Of a stretch of 64,000 bases of DNA, positions 38,067 through 46,907 are shown piece by piece. The DNA lies in contig OY970216.1 of assembly GCA_963713955.1 (NCBI GenBank), positions 72,075 through 136,074 of the forward strand. Reading direction: 5' to 3'. The translations under genes were made by a program, and so were the position numbers. Every line of letters starts with the position of its first letter. Within the stretch, counting starts at the first letter, position 1. The stretch is from an uncultured bacterium. Its GTDB lineage: Bacteria; Patescibacteriota; Minisyncoccia; UBA6257; GWB1-50-10. Below the pieces are notes generated by a model. It saw only the letters and a program-made list of their open reading frames with translations. It made no database searches and had not been told where the DNA came from.

Positions 38067-38189
38067 GGGTTTGCTTTCTTAAGGGAATGAAAACCTTATG
38101 ACAATGATAAAGGTATTTCGAAAAGTTGCAACATCGATTCTCACGGCTGCTGTGGTTTAACTGTGGACGGGGTGTTGATAATTTATGAC

Positions 38190-38268
38190 GAGTCTCGGTG
38201 AGGCGAAAAAGTGGGTAAGACTTGGGCTAGCGCCCCGGAGCGCACACTTTTTCGCCTCACCGAGACTC
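38190..38268. repeat. Dispersed palindromic element, copy 2 (opposite orientation)
   Basis: Arms GAGTCTCGGTGAGGCGAAAAAGTG / CACTTTTTCGCCTCACCGAGACTC; the core is the reverse complement of the copy 1 core. Confidence 0.9.
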
Positions 38269-38303
38269 TTCCTTTGGTGTGAGAGTGATGGTACAATATG
38301 AAA

Positions 38304-38432
38304 ATGTCGAGAACATACCAGCCAAAGAAGAAGAAGAGGGCAAGAACCCACGGTTTTTTGAGAAGAGCGAAGAAAAACCCCCACATCCTGAAGAGTAGAA
38401 GGAGGAAGGGGAGAAAGAGGCTCTCGGTATAA
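38304..38432 (+). CDS. rpmH: 50S ribosomal protein L34
   Basis: Manual translation MSRTYQPKKKKRARTHGFLRRAKKNPHILKSRRRKGRKRLSV. Confidence 0.95.
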   Translation: MSRTYQPKKKKRARTHGFLRRAKKNPHILKSRRRKGRKRLSV

Positions 38433-38434
38433 CC

Positions 38435-38674
38435 GTGGAGGTTTTGCTGAAAAGAGTGGGTGGTGGAGGGAGGAAGAGATCTCTCCTTGTTGTCGGCAAG
38501 TCTGTTTCGAAAAAATCCGTCGAGAGGAATCTGATTAAAAGGAGGGTGAGAGCGATCTTAAGGCCGTTTGAGGGGAAGGGAGAAGTTTTCTCTCTTGTTG
38601 TGAAAAAGGGAGCTCTCCACCTCAGCTTTCAGGAGCTGAAAAGAGAGATAGAGTCGCAAATAAAAGTTCGATAA
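38435..38674 (+). CDS. rnpA: RNase P protein component (short form)
   Basis: VVGKSVSKKSVERNLIKRRVR (RNR motif variant); synteny rpmH-rnpA-yidC. Confidence 0.85.
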   Translation: MEVLLKRVGGGGRKRSLLVVGKSVSKKSVERNLIKRRVRAILRPFEGKGEVFSLVVKKGALHLSFQELKREIESQIKVR

Positions 38675-38679
38675 ATTTC

Positions 38680-39360
38680 ATGCAGGGCTTCATCAGCACC
38701 ACACTCTCAGCACCACTCCTCAGTGTCCTTGTTTTCATTTACAACACCATTGCTTTCCACGATCTCGGATTCGCCGTGATCATCCTTACGATTCTCGTGA
38801 GGATCGTTCTGCTTCCCTTCTTCTATAAGGGCGCCCGGGATCAGACAATCATGCAGCAGCTCCAGCCCCACGTGAAACATATCCAGGAAAAGCACAAAGA
38901 CGATAAGGGGAAACAGGCAGAAGCGCTCATGAAACTTTACAAAGAGCACAAGATAAATCCCTTCTCGAGCATCTTACTTCTCATCATACAAATACCCATC
39001 TTCATAGCTCTCTTTGATCTTTTCACCAATAAGATCAAGAGTTATGGTTTTGTGTCCCCGACGTTCCTTGGTTTATTTGATCTCACTTCCAAGAATCTCG
39101 TTGTCGTCATCGTCGCGGCGCTCTTCCAGTATTTTCAGACTAAGTCGATGATGGGGAAGCAGAACGTCAGCGGTTCGGCGGCGCAAGTGCAGAAAGTAAT
39201 GCTTTTCGCGGCCCCCCTCATCACCATTTTGATATTCGGGAACCTCCCGTCGGCGATAGGTCTTTACTGGCTCACATTCTCGGCCTTTTCTTTCATTCAG
39301 CAGATCTACATAAACAAGAAATTGCCGTCATTGCCGGCCATCGCCAGTCCCAAGAAGTGA
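38680..39360 (+). CDS. yidC: Membrane protein insertase YidC/Oxa1 (no periplasmic domain)
   Basis: IILTILVRIVLLP, LQPHVKHIQEK, LYKEHKINP, IQIPIF and PSAIGLYW. Confidence 0.93.
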   Translation: MQGFISTTLSAPLLSVLVFIYNTIAFHDLGFAVIILTILVRIVLLPFFYKGARDQTIMQQLQPHVKHIQEKHKDDKGKQAEALMKLYKEHKINPFSSILLLIIQIPIFIALFDLFTNKIKSYGFVSPTFLGLFDLTSKNLVVVIVAALFQYFQTKSMMGKQNVSGSAAQVQKVMLFAAPLITILIFGNLPSAIGLYWLTFSAFSFIQQIYINKKLPSLPAIASPKK

Positions 39361-39409
39361 ATCGGTGCGGGGTTGAAAAAGAGCCCAAAATAAGAGATAA
39401 TGGACGTCA

Positions 39410-39838
39410 ATGACGGGAATTTCGGATTATGTGAAAAGATTTTTCAGCTTAATGGGATTTGAGAGAGTCGACATCAACGTTGACGAGAGCTTGAGAAAAA
39501 TATCGATCGTGGTGGACGACGAGTTTTTCAGGTCCCAGATACCGAACGTTTTGCAACCCATAGAACACCTCATGAATCTCGCATTGAAAAGGGGCGAGAA
39601 ACAGCCGTTTATCGTCGATGTTAATTATTATCGCCGCGAGCGGGAGCGGTTGATCGTGGAACTTGCCAAGGCGGGGGCTAAGAAAGCGAAAATGTCCAAA
39701 TCCGAAGTGGCGCTGCCGCCCATGAATTCTTATGAAAGGCGCCTCGTTCACATGGAAATAGCGACGAACCCTGATTTGAAAACAGAGAGCTTTGGTGTGG
39801 GGAGAGAAAGGCACATTGTGATTGTGCCGATAAGCTAG
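39410..39838 (+). CDS. Jag/EloR-like R3H-domain RNA-binding protein
   Basis: VDVNYYRRER, LPPMNSYERRLVH and TESFGVGRER; follows yidC. Confidence 0.88.
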   Translation: MTGISDYVKRFFSLMGFERVDINVDESLRKISIVVDDEFFRSQIPNVLQPIEHLMNLALKRGEKQPFIVDVNYYRRERERLIVELAKAGAKKAKMSKSEVALPPMNSYERRLVHMEIATNPDLKTESFGVGRERHIVIVPIS

Positions 39839-41004
39839 GAAGGGAGCCTCACTTGGTAGAGCGAGTTGTCGTACCTGTTTATGAAGTAGAGATTCCCATT
39901 CCAGACAGTGACGTCTTTCGCGTCCATGATCGGTACGTTTGGCGCGCCGCTCAAGAGTACCGAGTTGGTATTTCCGGTCGCCGGGTTGTAATCGTAGAGA
40001 ACGTCGACGGAGTAGAAGGCCCTCTCAAGGTAATCATCCGGCATGACCAGGTTGGAAGTTATGTTCGTTGGGGAGAAGCAATAAAGATCCGAAGAAGAAG
40101 GCGTTGCCGATGAGTCGCATTTGTCCGGCAGCGTCGGGAACGGGAATTTGAAACTAGCAAGCGTGTCCGTATTTATCGTAATCGATCCGTTTCCAGTATT
40201 CTCGTATATCAAAGATCCATTGCTTGTCGGGATGGCATACAGGCCGGATTGGGGAGATAAAATCTCATTCAGGGAAAGGTTCTTGAGATTCATTTCCCAG
40301 ACGGAGGCGGCGTAACTTGCCGACGGCTCCTCGGTCACGATGAGCGTTGTGGAGGCGTGGAAAGCGAGATTTGCGCCGCTCATATAAAAGTTAGGCACTA
40401 TCACTTTTACCATGGGGGGATTCTTACTGAGATCCACATAAGACAGGGCATAGGATCCGGCGTTCGTCGTGACGCCGATGAGCTGATTAGTATTCGCTCC
40501 CCACACCACGTTTATGAGTGTTTGCGGGAGAGAAGACCATGACCCGTCGCCCGAGTTGTACACCGCCCAGCGCGGATTGCTCTGCCCCCCGAACGACACG
40601 AGGACTTTTGATCCGTCTAGGGAAGGCTCAACTGTGTTGAGACCGCTCAGGGTCTGATTCGATTCCGTCGAGTTTTGCCCACTCCCCGCGACCAAAACCT
40701 CTCCGTCGTTGGAGATGTATTTGACCTCGCCGGAATTTTTATCGAGCCAATATTTAAACACGTCGTGGTCTGATATCTTCATGACGATGGGGAGTGTTGA
40801 AGTACCGATCCCCGTCGTTGTTGTGGCGCCCGCTGCGCCGCCAGTTGCTCCGGTTGTTGTTCCTTGCGGGAGGGATCCGGTTTGGCCGGTCGAGGTAGTT
40901 GTTGTCGGCGGTGCTGGCTTGGGAACGAAGAACGTCCAGATGAAATACAGTGCCAAGATCACCCCGGCTACAATCCCCGCGTAAATTATCGTTTTTTTGG
41001 TCAT
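39835..41004 (-). CDS. Membrane-anchored exported protein, probable beta-propeller
   Basis: N-terminal TM, Thr/Gly linker, PSLDGSKV repeats and C-terminal LYFINRYDNSLY. Confidence 0.75.
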   Translation of the reverse strand: MTKKTIIYAGIVAGVILALYFIWTFFVPKPAPPTTTTSTGQTGSLPQGTTTGATGGAAGATTTTGIGTSTLPIVMKISDHDVFKYWLDKNSGEVKYISNDGEVLVAGSGQNSTESNQTLSGLNTVEPSLDGSKVLVSFGGQSNPRWAVYNSGDGSWSSLPQTLINVVWGANTNQLIGVTTNAGSYALSYVDLSKNPPMVKVIVPNFYMSGANLAFHASTTLIVTEEPSASYAASVWEMNLKNLSLNEILSPQSGLYAIPTSNGSLIYENTGNGSITINTDTLASFKFPFPTLPDKCDSSATPSSSDLYCFSPTNITSNLVMPDDYLERAFYSVDVLYDYNPATGNTNSVLLSGAPNVPIMDAKDVTVWNGNLYFINRYDNSLYQVRLPS

Positions 41005-41008
41005 GGCG

Positions 41009-41944
41009 TTATTTCAATTGAATGTGTACCTGGTCCTCCGTCTCCGTGGTACTGCATTTTATGCTTGTGCCCTGCACGGCGCTACAGATATCTTGGTGGG
41101 CCGAGGTGGTGTCAATGAAGGCGATACTTTGTTGAAGAGTATTAGCGTTGGCTTTCAGATAAGCTATCAGATTTGAGTCGCTTCTTAGGTCAAATACCGG
41201 TTCATTGGGGCCATGTGAAGCGTGGCCGGGTTCCGTACCCCCGGTTATCGTTACGTTGCAGTTGCAATTCGCTTTCAAGGTCGTCAAGAAGCTTACCGCG
41301 GAATCAGGCAGAAAGGCGACGCTGGTGCATCCCGTCGTGCACATGTTGGTGCAGTTGTTGTTCGTGCTGCTGTAAGATACGCCCGCTTTCTGGAGCGTGC
41401 CCATAATTTGGTCTTGGCTTTGGATGGTTGACGATGTGGGTTGGCCGACCGGATTGCAATCCTGTGGATATTGTGTCGCATAGCTCTCGGGCGTTGAAGC
41501 GCCGGCCGCCGGCTGGGCGCCGCTCGGGGCGGATGGTAGAGTCACCGCCGGAGCACTTGGCGGCGTGAGCGTGGTCAAATTGGGATTTATGGTTTTGAGA
41601 ATGAGGAAGGCGCTGAAGAGTATCACGAGGCCGAGAAGGGCGGACGTGATGAAGCTTCTCCCCTCCCGCTCCTTGTCGACGCTCCCCGAGATGGATATGT
41701 AAATCGATCCCCAGATGATCATGCCGACGGCCAGAATCCCCCCGACGCCGAGCGCGAACGTGTAGAGCGTTTGGATGTATCCTTCGAGCGTTGTCTGATC
41801 GACTGAATTGCAAACGCCGTTCACCACATTGATGCAGGGCGGGGAGTTGTAGAGAGTGAGACTGAGACCCGCAGCCCTGGTAACCGCGGGAGCAGTAACC
41901 AAGACGAGGACCACAACCAGTTTTTTAATCGTGTTATTTGACAT
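41009..41944 (-). CDS. TrbC/VirB2-like pilin domain fused to a peptidase M15-like domain
   Basis: YIQTLYTFALGVGGILAVGMIIWG..I.SALLGLVIL..ILKTINPNL; C-terminal ITGGTEPGHASH..FDLR..VHIQ. Confidence 0.7.
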   Translation of the reverse strand: MSNNTIKKLVVVLVLVTAPAVTRAAGLSLTLYNSPPCINVVNGVCNSVDQTTLEGYIQTLYTFALGVGGILAVGMIIWGSIYISISGSVDKEREGRSFITSALLGLVILFSAFLILKTINPNLTTLTPPSAPAVTLPSAPSGAQPAAGASTPESYATQYPQDCNPVGQPTSSTIQSQDQIMGTLQKAGVSYSSTNNNCTNMCTTGCTSVAFLPDSAVSFLTTLKANCNCNVTITGGTEPGHASHGPNEPVFDLRSDSNLIAYLKANANTLQQSIAFIDTTSAHQDICSAVQGTSIKCSTTETEDQVHIQLK

Positions 41945-42623
41945 AGAGGGTTGTTTGGGGTGAAGCCAATTCATAGGGGTTGTTGATGTTCCCGACGGAC
42001 GCACCAATGCTCACGCTCTGCCCGCTCGGCTGGTTCCCGACGTTCAGCGAAAGAGTGTTGTCTGAGCCGCCTGACGCTTGTTGTGATCCGTTTATGGTCC
42101 AGGAAAACGAGAAATCATTAAATGAGGATACGTTGAAAAAGTAAGGGATGAGAGATAAATTGATCGTTGAATTGGCGGGTATGAGCCCATTTGGGTAGGG
42201 CGCGTCGATGACGGCTTTGTACGAAGTGATGGGGATATTTTCAGAGCCCGAGATCGTCGTCCCGTCGGGCATTTGCACTTGTACGCTTACAAAATGTGAC
42301 CCGCCCGCCGTCTGGGTGACTTTGGAACTTGCTTGTTGCTGGCCAACCCCCCCGTCAAGGAAATTTTGATCCAAGTACCACAGGACGGGATCGTTCGAGA
42401 GATCAACCACCTTGCCGTTATTCAGGACTATGAGACTTAGGGATATCGATGATCCGTTGGTTGCGAGGACTTTGCCCGGGAAATCCGACGGGCTGTAGCC
42501 GCTCGAAGACCAGGTGATAATTGTCGAATACGAATTTCCGGGAGACGATTGGGCACCCGCCGTCGCCGCAGCGAGAATCACAAGGAACGCCGTGAGGATC
42601 GTTAGTTGTCGGTTGATGGTCAT
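41934..42623 (-). CDS. Secreted Ig-like hypothetical protein
   Basis: Signal peptide; beta-rich with LWYLD, PYFF and FSWTING. Confidence 0.75.
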   Translation of the reverse strand: MTINRQLTILTAFLVILAAATAGAQSSPGNSYSTIITWSSSGYSPSDFPGKVLATNGSSISLSLIVLNNGKVVDLSNDPVLWYLDQNFLDGGVGQQQASSKVTQTAGGSHFVSVQVQMPDGTTISGSENIPITSYKAVIDAPYPNGLIPANSTINLSLIPYFFNVSSFNDFSFSWTINGSQQASGGSDNTLSLNVGNQPSGQSVSIGASVGNINNPYELASPQTTLYVK

Positions 42624-43069
42624 GGTAATTTTGAAAGAGCTCCCGCGACCTTGCTGGCGCCGGTTTTTTTCATAATCCCGGATATTGTTTTGTTGCTGTT
42701 CATGATGTCTGTGATCGCAAAGCCAACGGTTTTAAGGAAGAAAGCTCCCACGAGCGGTACTGAGCCAGCTAAGCCGGTGATAAGAAAGGCGTAATTTTTG
42801 ATGTGCTTCAGGAACAAATAGAACTGGATGAGAAGCGTCACGACTAAGCTCATGGCGGCGAGGAGGAAATAAGTGGGGATGCCGACGTAAGGGACCGCCT
42901 GGATGAGATCCCCCATGATTGCCACGAAGTCGACGAAAAGGAGAAGGGGGTAGATAATCAGACGCTCGCCCCAGCCAATCTCTATCACGGGTTCATCGCC
43001 GACGATCTTCTTCGCGGCGCTATCAATTCCTTCCTTGTCGAAGTCTAATGGTTTTAAATCTTCAGGCAT
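42620..43069 (-). CDS. Hypothetical membrane protein
   Basis: About three TM helices; start MPEDLK overlaps the virB4-like stop. Confidence 0.7.
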   Translation of the reverse strand: MPEDLKPLDFDKEGIDSAAKKIVGDEPVIEIGWGERLIIYPLLLFVDFVAIMGDLIQAVPYVGIPTYFLLAAMSLVVTLLIQFYLFLKHIKNYAFLITGLAGSVPLVGAFFLKTVGFAITDIMNSNKTISGIMKKTGASKVAGALSKLP

Positions 43070-44825
43070 TGTTTTCTTCTTTAATTCCTTTTGCCTCCAG
43101 AATCTGCTCGGGGTTCGTGGTGACGATCTGATCTTCCGTGTAGGAAGCAATGACCCTGATGGCCGCGTGCTTCAACCCCGCGAACATGAGACCCTCCCCG
43201 ACTGCGGCCTCGAGGAGCAGCGCCGACTCCCCTTCCGTGAGGCCGAATGCCTTCGTGAGAGATTCGATGCTCGTCGGCGATTGTTTGAGCAAGAGCTGCA
43301 TGGCGGAGTTCGTGATAATGGGTCTCCCGTATTCGGATTTCAGGAAGTCATCGACGTCCTGCGTGATGGTCGTGACACCCAGGTAGTACTTCCGGGCGCG
43401 CTTCACGAGGCCGAAGAGAAACGAAGCACTGTCCTTGTATTTCATCATTGACCAAGCCTCGTCGATGACGAGGAGACGCTGTTTCAATTCCGCCCGTATG
43501 AGGTTCCAGACGAAGTTCAGTACGATATACATGGCGATGGGCCGGAGCTCTTCCTCCAAGTCCCGTATCGAGAAGACGATGAGGCGGTTTTTGATGTCGA
43601 CATTCGTCGGCGCGTTCGTGAACCCCGAATACGAGCCGTGCGTGTACTTGTCGAGCCGCTCCGCGATCCCCGTGCCGCCCTCGGTGTTCCGAAGGATCGT
43701 TTGGAGATCCTCGAGGAGCGGTGCGTTGAATTCCTTGAGCGTTCCGAAGTTTTCCGCCGTGATGTCCCGCGACGTGTACGTTTCCGTGATCGCCCGATCG
43801 AGGAGCGATTCTTCTTCGGGCGTTATAACGCCCAGCATCAATTTTACGAGGCCGGTGAGGTTCAAGATGTGGGATTTAAAAACGTCAGCTGGCTCCTCGC
43901 CTTCCGGGATGATTGGGATGTCGAAGGGGTTCACGTGGTTTTTGGACGTGAGGGATATTTTGAAGTAGCTCCCTCCGATTGAATCCGCGAGGTTTTGATA
44001 TTCGTTTTCGGGATCGATCACGATGACGTCGGTGCCGACCATGAGTGACCGGAGTATTTGGAGTTTGGTGGCGTACGATTTCCCGGAACCGGACTTGGCG
44101 AACACGACCATGTTGGCGTTCTCGAGCGAGAATCGGTCGAAAATGATGAGCGTGTTATTCTGCATGTTGATGCCGTAGAGAATCCCGTTGTCGGAGGTGA
44201 GATCGGCCGAGGCGAAGGGAAAAAGCGACGAAGCTGGGCCGCTGTTCAGGGGAGTCCTAACCTCGAGTAGATCCTTCGCAATCGGGATGACTGAATTTAA
44301 TCCTTCCGTTTGGCGGAAGAGCGCGGGCTTGGCGTAGACGAGCCTGCTCTCGAGCGCGTTTATGATCTGGTTTTCCGTTTTTGCCAACTCTTCAAGGTTC
44401 TGGGCGTAGATCGTGAAGTACACGCCGATCTCGAAAAGCTTTTCCCGGGCCTGCTGGAGAGAATCCCTGAGATTTTCTATGTCCTGGTAGGCGGTTTCGA
44501 GGACCGGGTCGCGCACCACGCCTTTCTCGGTCTTTTCGTTTATCTCCGCTTCTATTTGAGCGACTTTTTTTCTGAGGTTCCTCAGGGCTAGGGCCGTATC
44601 CATGGGATGGACGAAGATCGATATATCCATCATGGTTGGCATGTTGATGATGGGCGAGAACCACCCGGTTGAAATGAACCGCGGGTAGGTGAAAATGAAG
44701 AAGGTCTTTGCGTAATAATCGCCGATTTTCAGGTAATTGGCGCTGACCTCGACGCCGGACGGCGCGATCACGTTGAACAAATCCTCTTCTCCCGGCTGAT
44801 ATGCTTTTGGTATTTGGACCTTCAT
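43062..44825 (-). CDS. VirB4-like secretion ATPase
   Basis: ENANMVVFAKSGSGKS, IDPENEY, VIDEAW and KRARKYYLGVTTITQD. Confidence 0.9.
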   Translation of the reverse strand: MKVQIPKAYQPGEEDLFNVIAPSGVEVSANYLKIGDYYAKTFFIFTYPRFISTGWFSPIINMPTMMDISIFVHPMDTALALRNLRKKVAQIEAEINEKTEKGVVRDPVLETAYQDIENLRDSLQQAREKLFEIGVYFTIYAQNLEELAKTENQIINALESRLVYAKPALFRQTEGLNSVIPIAKDLLEVRTPLNSGPASSLFPFASADLTSDNGILYGINMQNNTLIIFDRFSLENANMVVFAKSGSGKSYATKLQILRSLMVGTDVIVIDPENEYQNLADSIGGSYFKISLTSKNHVNPFDIPIIPEGEEPADVFKSHILNLTGLVKLMLGVITPEEESLLDRAITETYTSRDITAENFGTLKEFNAPLLEDLQTILRNTEGGTGIAERLDKYTHGSYSGFTNAPTNVDIKNRLIVFSIRDLEEELRPIAMYIVLNFVWNLIRAELKQRLLVIDEAWSMMKYKDSASFLFGLVKRARKYYLGVTTITQDVDDFLKSEYGRPIITNSAMQLLLKQSPTSIESLTKAFGLTEGESALLLEAAVGEGLMFAGLKHAAIRVIASYTEDQIVTTNPEQILEAKGIKEENNA

Positions 44826-45496
44826 TTTGTTATCCCCATTCCCTGTTTCTCGACGAGTTGAGGATTATAGAGGTTGTAGAAAAGTTCCGTGAGTTCCTCG
44901 TCTTCAAGGGGGACCGCTTTCAGACCCATCTGCGTGAGACCGCTCACAATCCCTTCCGATCGGTTCCTTAACTGCTCGAGATTCTCCTGGATTTTTACGC
45001 CCTCGGCCTGCTTCTGCTCCGTCGTTTTGCCTTTTTTGAAGAAGCTGCCGAAGAGTCCGGAAGCGCCGGCGGCGGGTTCGGGAGTTGGATTGTAAGGCAC
45101 GACCACGAAGAAATTCTTGCTGATGATGGCGTTCTCCTCGATGAAAGACTTTATGAAATTCGTGTACTCGTCTATTTGTATTTTCAAGAGTTCGTTTTGT
45201 TCGTTCTTTTTCCGTTCAGCCATGTTCTCGAGGTATTTCTGGATGTTGACTTTCCGCGAGTGTATGAAAAACTGCGTCCGGAAATCGAGAGAATTCAGGA
45301 ATTTTTGGAAGCTGCCCACGATGGCGTTTTGTTCATCTTCGGATTTGAGATCGAAATTAACGCCGCTCACCATGATAACGTGAACCATTCCGCCGTCTTT
45401 CAGGTAGACGACGCCGTCTTTTATCCTTTTCACCTCCACCAGGTTTTGCGTTGGTAAACTTTTCTCCGCCATCTTTGTTATTTTATCAGTAGTCAA
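44822..45496 (-). CDS. TraC-like/VirB4 N-terminal partner protein
   Basis: VSGVNFDLKSEDEQ, FLNSLDF, FFVVVPY and LFYNLYNP; lies between PrgI and VirB4. Confidence 0.75.
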   Translation of the reverse strand: MTTDKITKMAEKSLPTQNLVEVKRIKDGVVYLKDGGMVHVIMVSGVNFDLKSEDEQNAIVGSFQKFLNSLDFRTQFFIHSRKVNIQKYLENMAERKKNEQNELLKIQIDEYTNFIKSFIEENAIISKNFFVVVPYNPTPEPAAGASGLFGSFFKKGKTTEQKQAEGVKIQENLEQLRNRSEGIVSGLTQMGLKAVPLEDEELTELFYNLYNPQLVEKQGMGITK

Positions 45497-45977
45497 TACG
45501 TTTCGCCACCTTTCGTTCGCCCGTGAGGTAGGTCACGACTTCGTATTTTTCTTTTCCCCCGCCCCCCCCTGCCTTTTCCTTACTGAAGATTTTGCCGACG
45601 GTGACTTTGAGCGCGAGCGATTTCAGCCGATCGCCGACGCCTATTTTCTTCCTGAGATTTGTCAGATCTTCATCGCTGAGTTCGAGAGTTGTTTTTGCTG
45701 CTTGCCGTTGCCAGGTGTAGGTCCGCTGGTTCAGGGAATATTTAAGAAGAGAACTCATGACTTTTATCATATCCTGGCCATTCACTTTGACGAACGCGAG
45801 CGCGACGGCAATGCCCACGGCGATGAGCGTCACCAGAGCCCAAAGGAGCCCACTGAAGATGTTGTACGCGATGAAACTCACCGCGGCAGCCCCGGCGAGA
45901 TAGAAAAACTGGATGAGCGTCAAAGGGCCGATGATCTTCGGCTTCTGCTCTATGAATTGAGGTACTTGGAATTCCAT
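45486..45977 (-). CDS. PrgI family protein (VirB3-like)
   Basis: MEFQVPQFIEQKPKIIGPLTLIQF followed by two TM helices. Confidence 0.88.
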   Translation of the reverse strand: MEFQVPQFIEQKPKIIGPLTLIQFFYLAGAAAVSFIAYNIFSGLLWALVTLIAVGIAVALAFVKVNGQDMIKVMSSLLKYSLNQRTYTWQRQAAKTTLELSDEDLTNLRKKIGVGDRLKSLALKVTVGKIFSKEKAGGGGGKEKYEVVTYLTGERKVAKRIDY

Positions 45978-45978
45978 G

Positions 45979-46896
45979 CTAACCGGGTTGGTTTCTAAGA
46001 TCTATGATGTTGCCTTCCAGTTGGGGGCCCTTTTCTGGGCTTTCCTTTTTCTCCGGCGGCTTCTTCATGATCGTGTTGAGAAAAGATTTTGCTGCGGTGG
46101 TGGCACTTTCCGCCGGCTTTATCCCGTTAGAGACCACACCCGCGCTTGGCGCGATTGGTGCTATCTCTTCCGTTTTCAAAAACTCACCTCCCGGCTCGAA
46201 AGGTGTGAGCGTAGATCGACCCTCCGTATAGTGCACAACTCTCGTGGCTGATTTTTTCTCGGGGGATTCTACCGTTGCTCTCACCGTTTTTGCTGCCGTC
46301 GTTCCCGTAAGTTTCCGGGATTTGAAGAAACCGAACGAGAATGCGGGCATCCCCTTCACGTCACCCCCGACAGTTGCTTTTTCTTCTCCCGGCTTTTCTT
46401 GCAGTATGAAAGGTTTTGAGAAGTCCGTCGTCTTTTTCGTTTCTGGCTCAACGGCACCTCTGATGATGGGTATTTCTTCCGGTACTTTATTTACTTCTCC
46501 TGTTGATTCGGGTTGTATTGTCTTCTCTTCGGATTCTAGGTATTCCTTGAGGCCGAGCTTCTCCACATCTTCCGCATCACTTACTTTTATTTCGCTGATG
46601 TCGATTCCCCACCGGAAAAGCGGATACCGCTCTGATTCCAATATTCGTTCCTTTATTGCCTTGGCGATGGAAGCGGCTATCTTCCCGCCGATGCCGGTCT
46701 CCGCGAGTGTTTCGACGAAAAAATGGGCGGGCACCTCTTTCGAGATGAGATCATAATATGCTCTCGGAAGGAGTGAGACGCTGGTGATGCCCGCTTCCTC
46801 GCGGATCTCGTCGAGTATTTTGTCGATCCTTTCGGAAAATAGGCTGTTTTTTATGTTTTGTGGCACATCCCCCAAATCCATATGTTTGTTTGTCAA
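45979..46896 (-). CDS. Hypothetical protein of the secretion cluster
   Basis: Helical N-terminus, low-complexity C-terminal half with RVVHY and IIDLR; co-oriented and tightly spaced. Confidence 0.7.
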   Translation of the reverse strand: MTNKHMDLGDVPQNIKNSLFSERIDKILDEIREEAGITSVSLLPRAYYDLISKEVPAHFFVETLAETGIGGKIAASIAKAIKERILESERYPLFRWGIDISEIKVSDAEDVEKLGLKEYLESEEKTIQPESTGEVNKVPEEIPIIRGAVEPETKKTTDFSKPFILQEKPGEEKATVGGDVKGMPAFSFGFFKSRKLTGTTAAKTVRATVESPEKKSATRVVHYTEGRSTLTPFEPGGEFLKTEEIAPIAPSAGVVSNGIKPAESATTAAKSFLNTIMKKPPEKKESPEKGPQLEGNIIDLRNQPG

Positions 46897-46907
46897 CCCC
46901 AGGTTTG

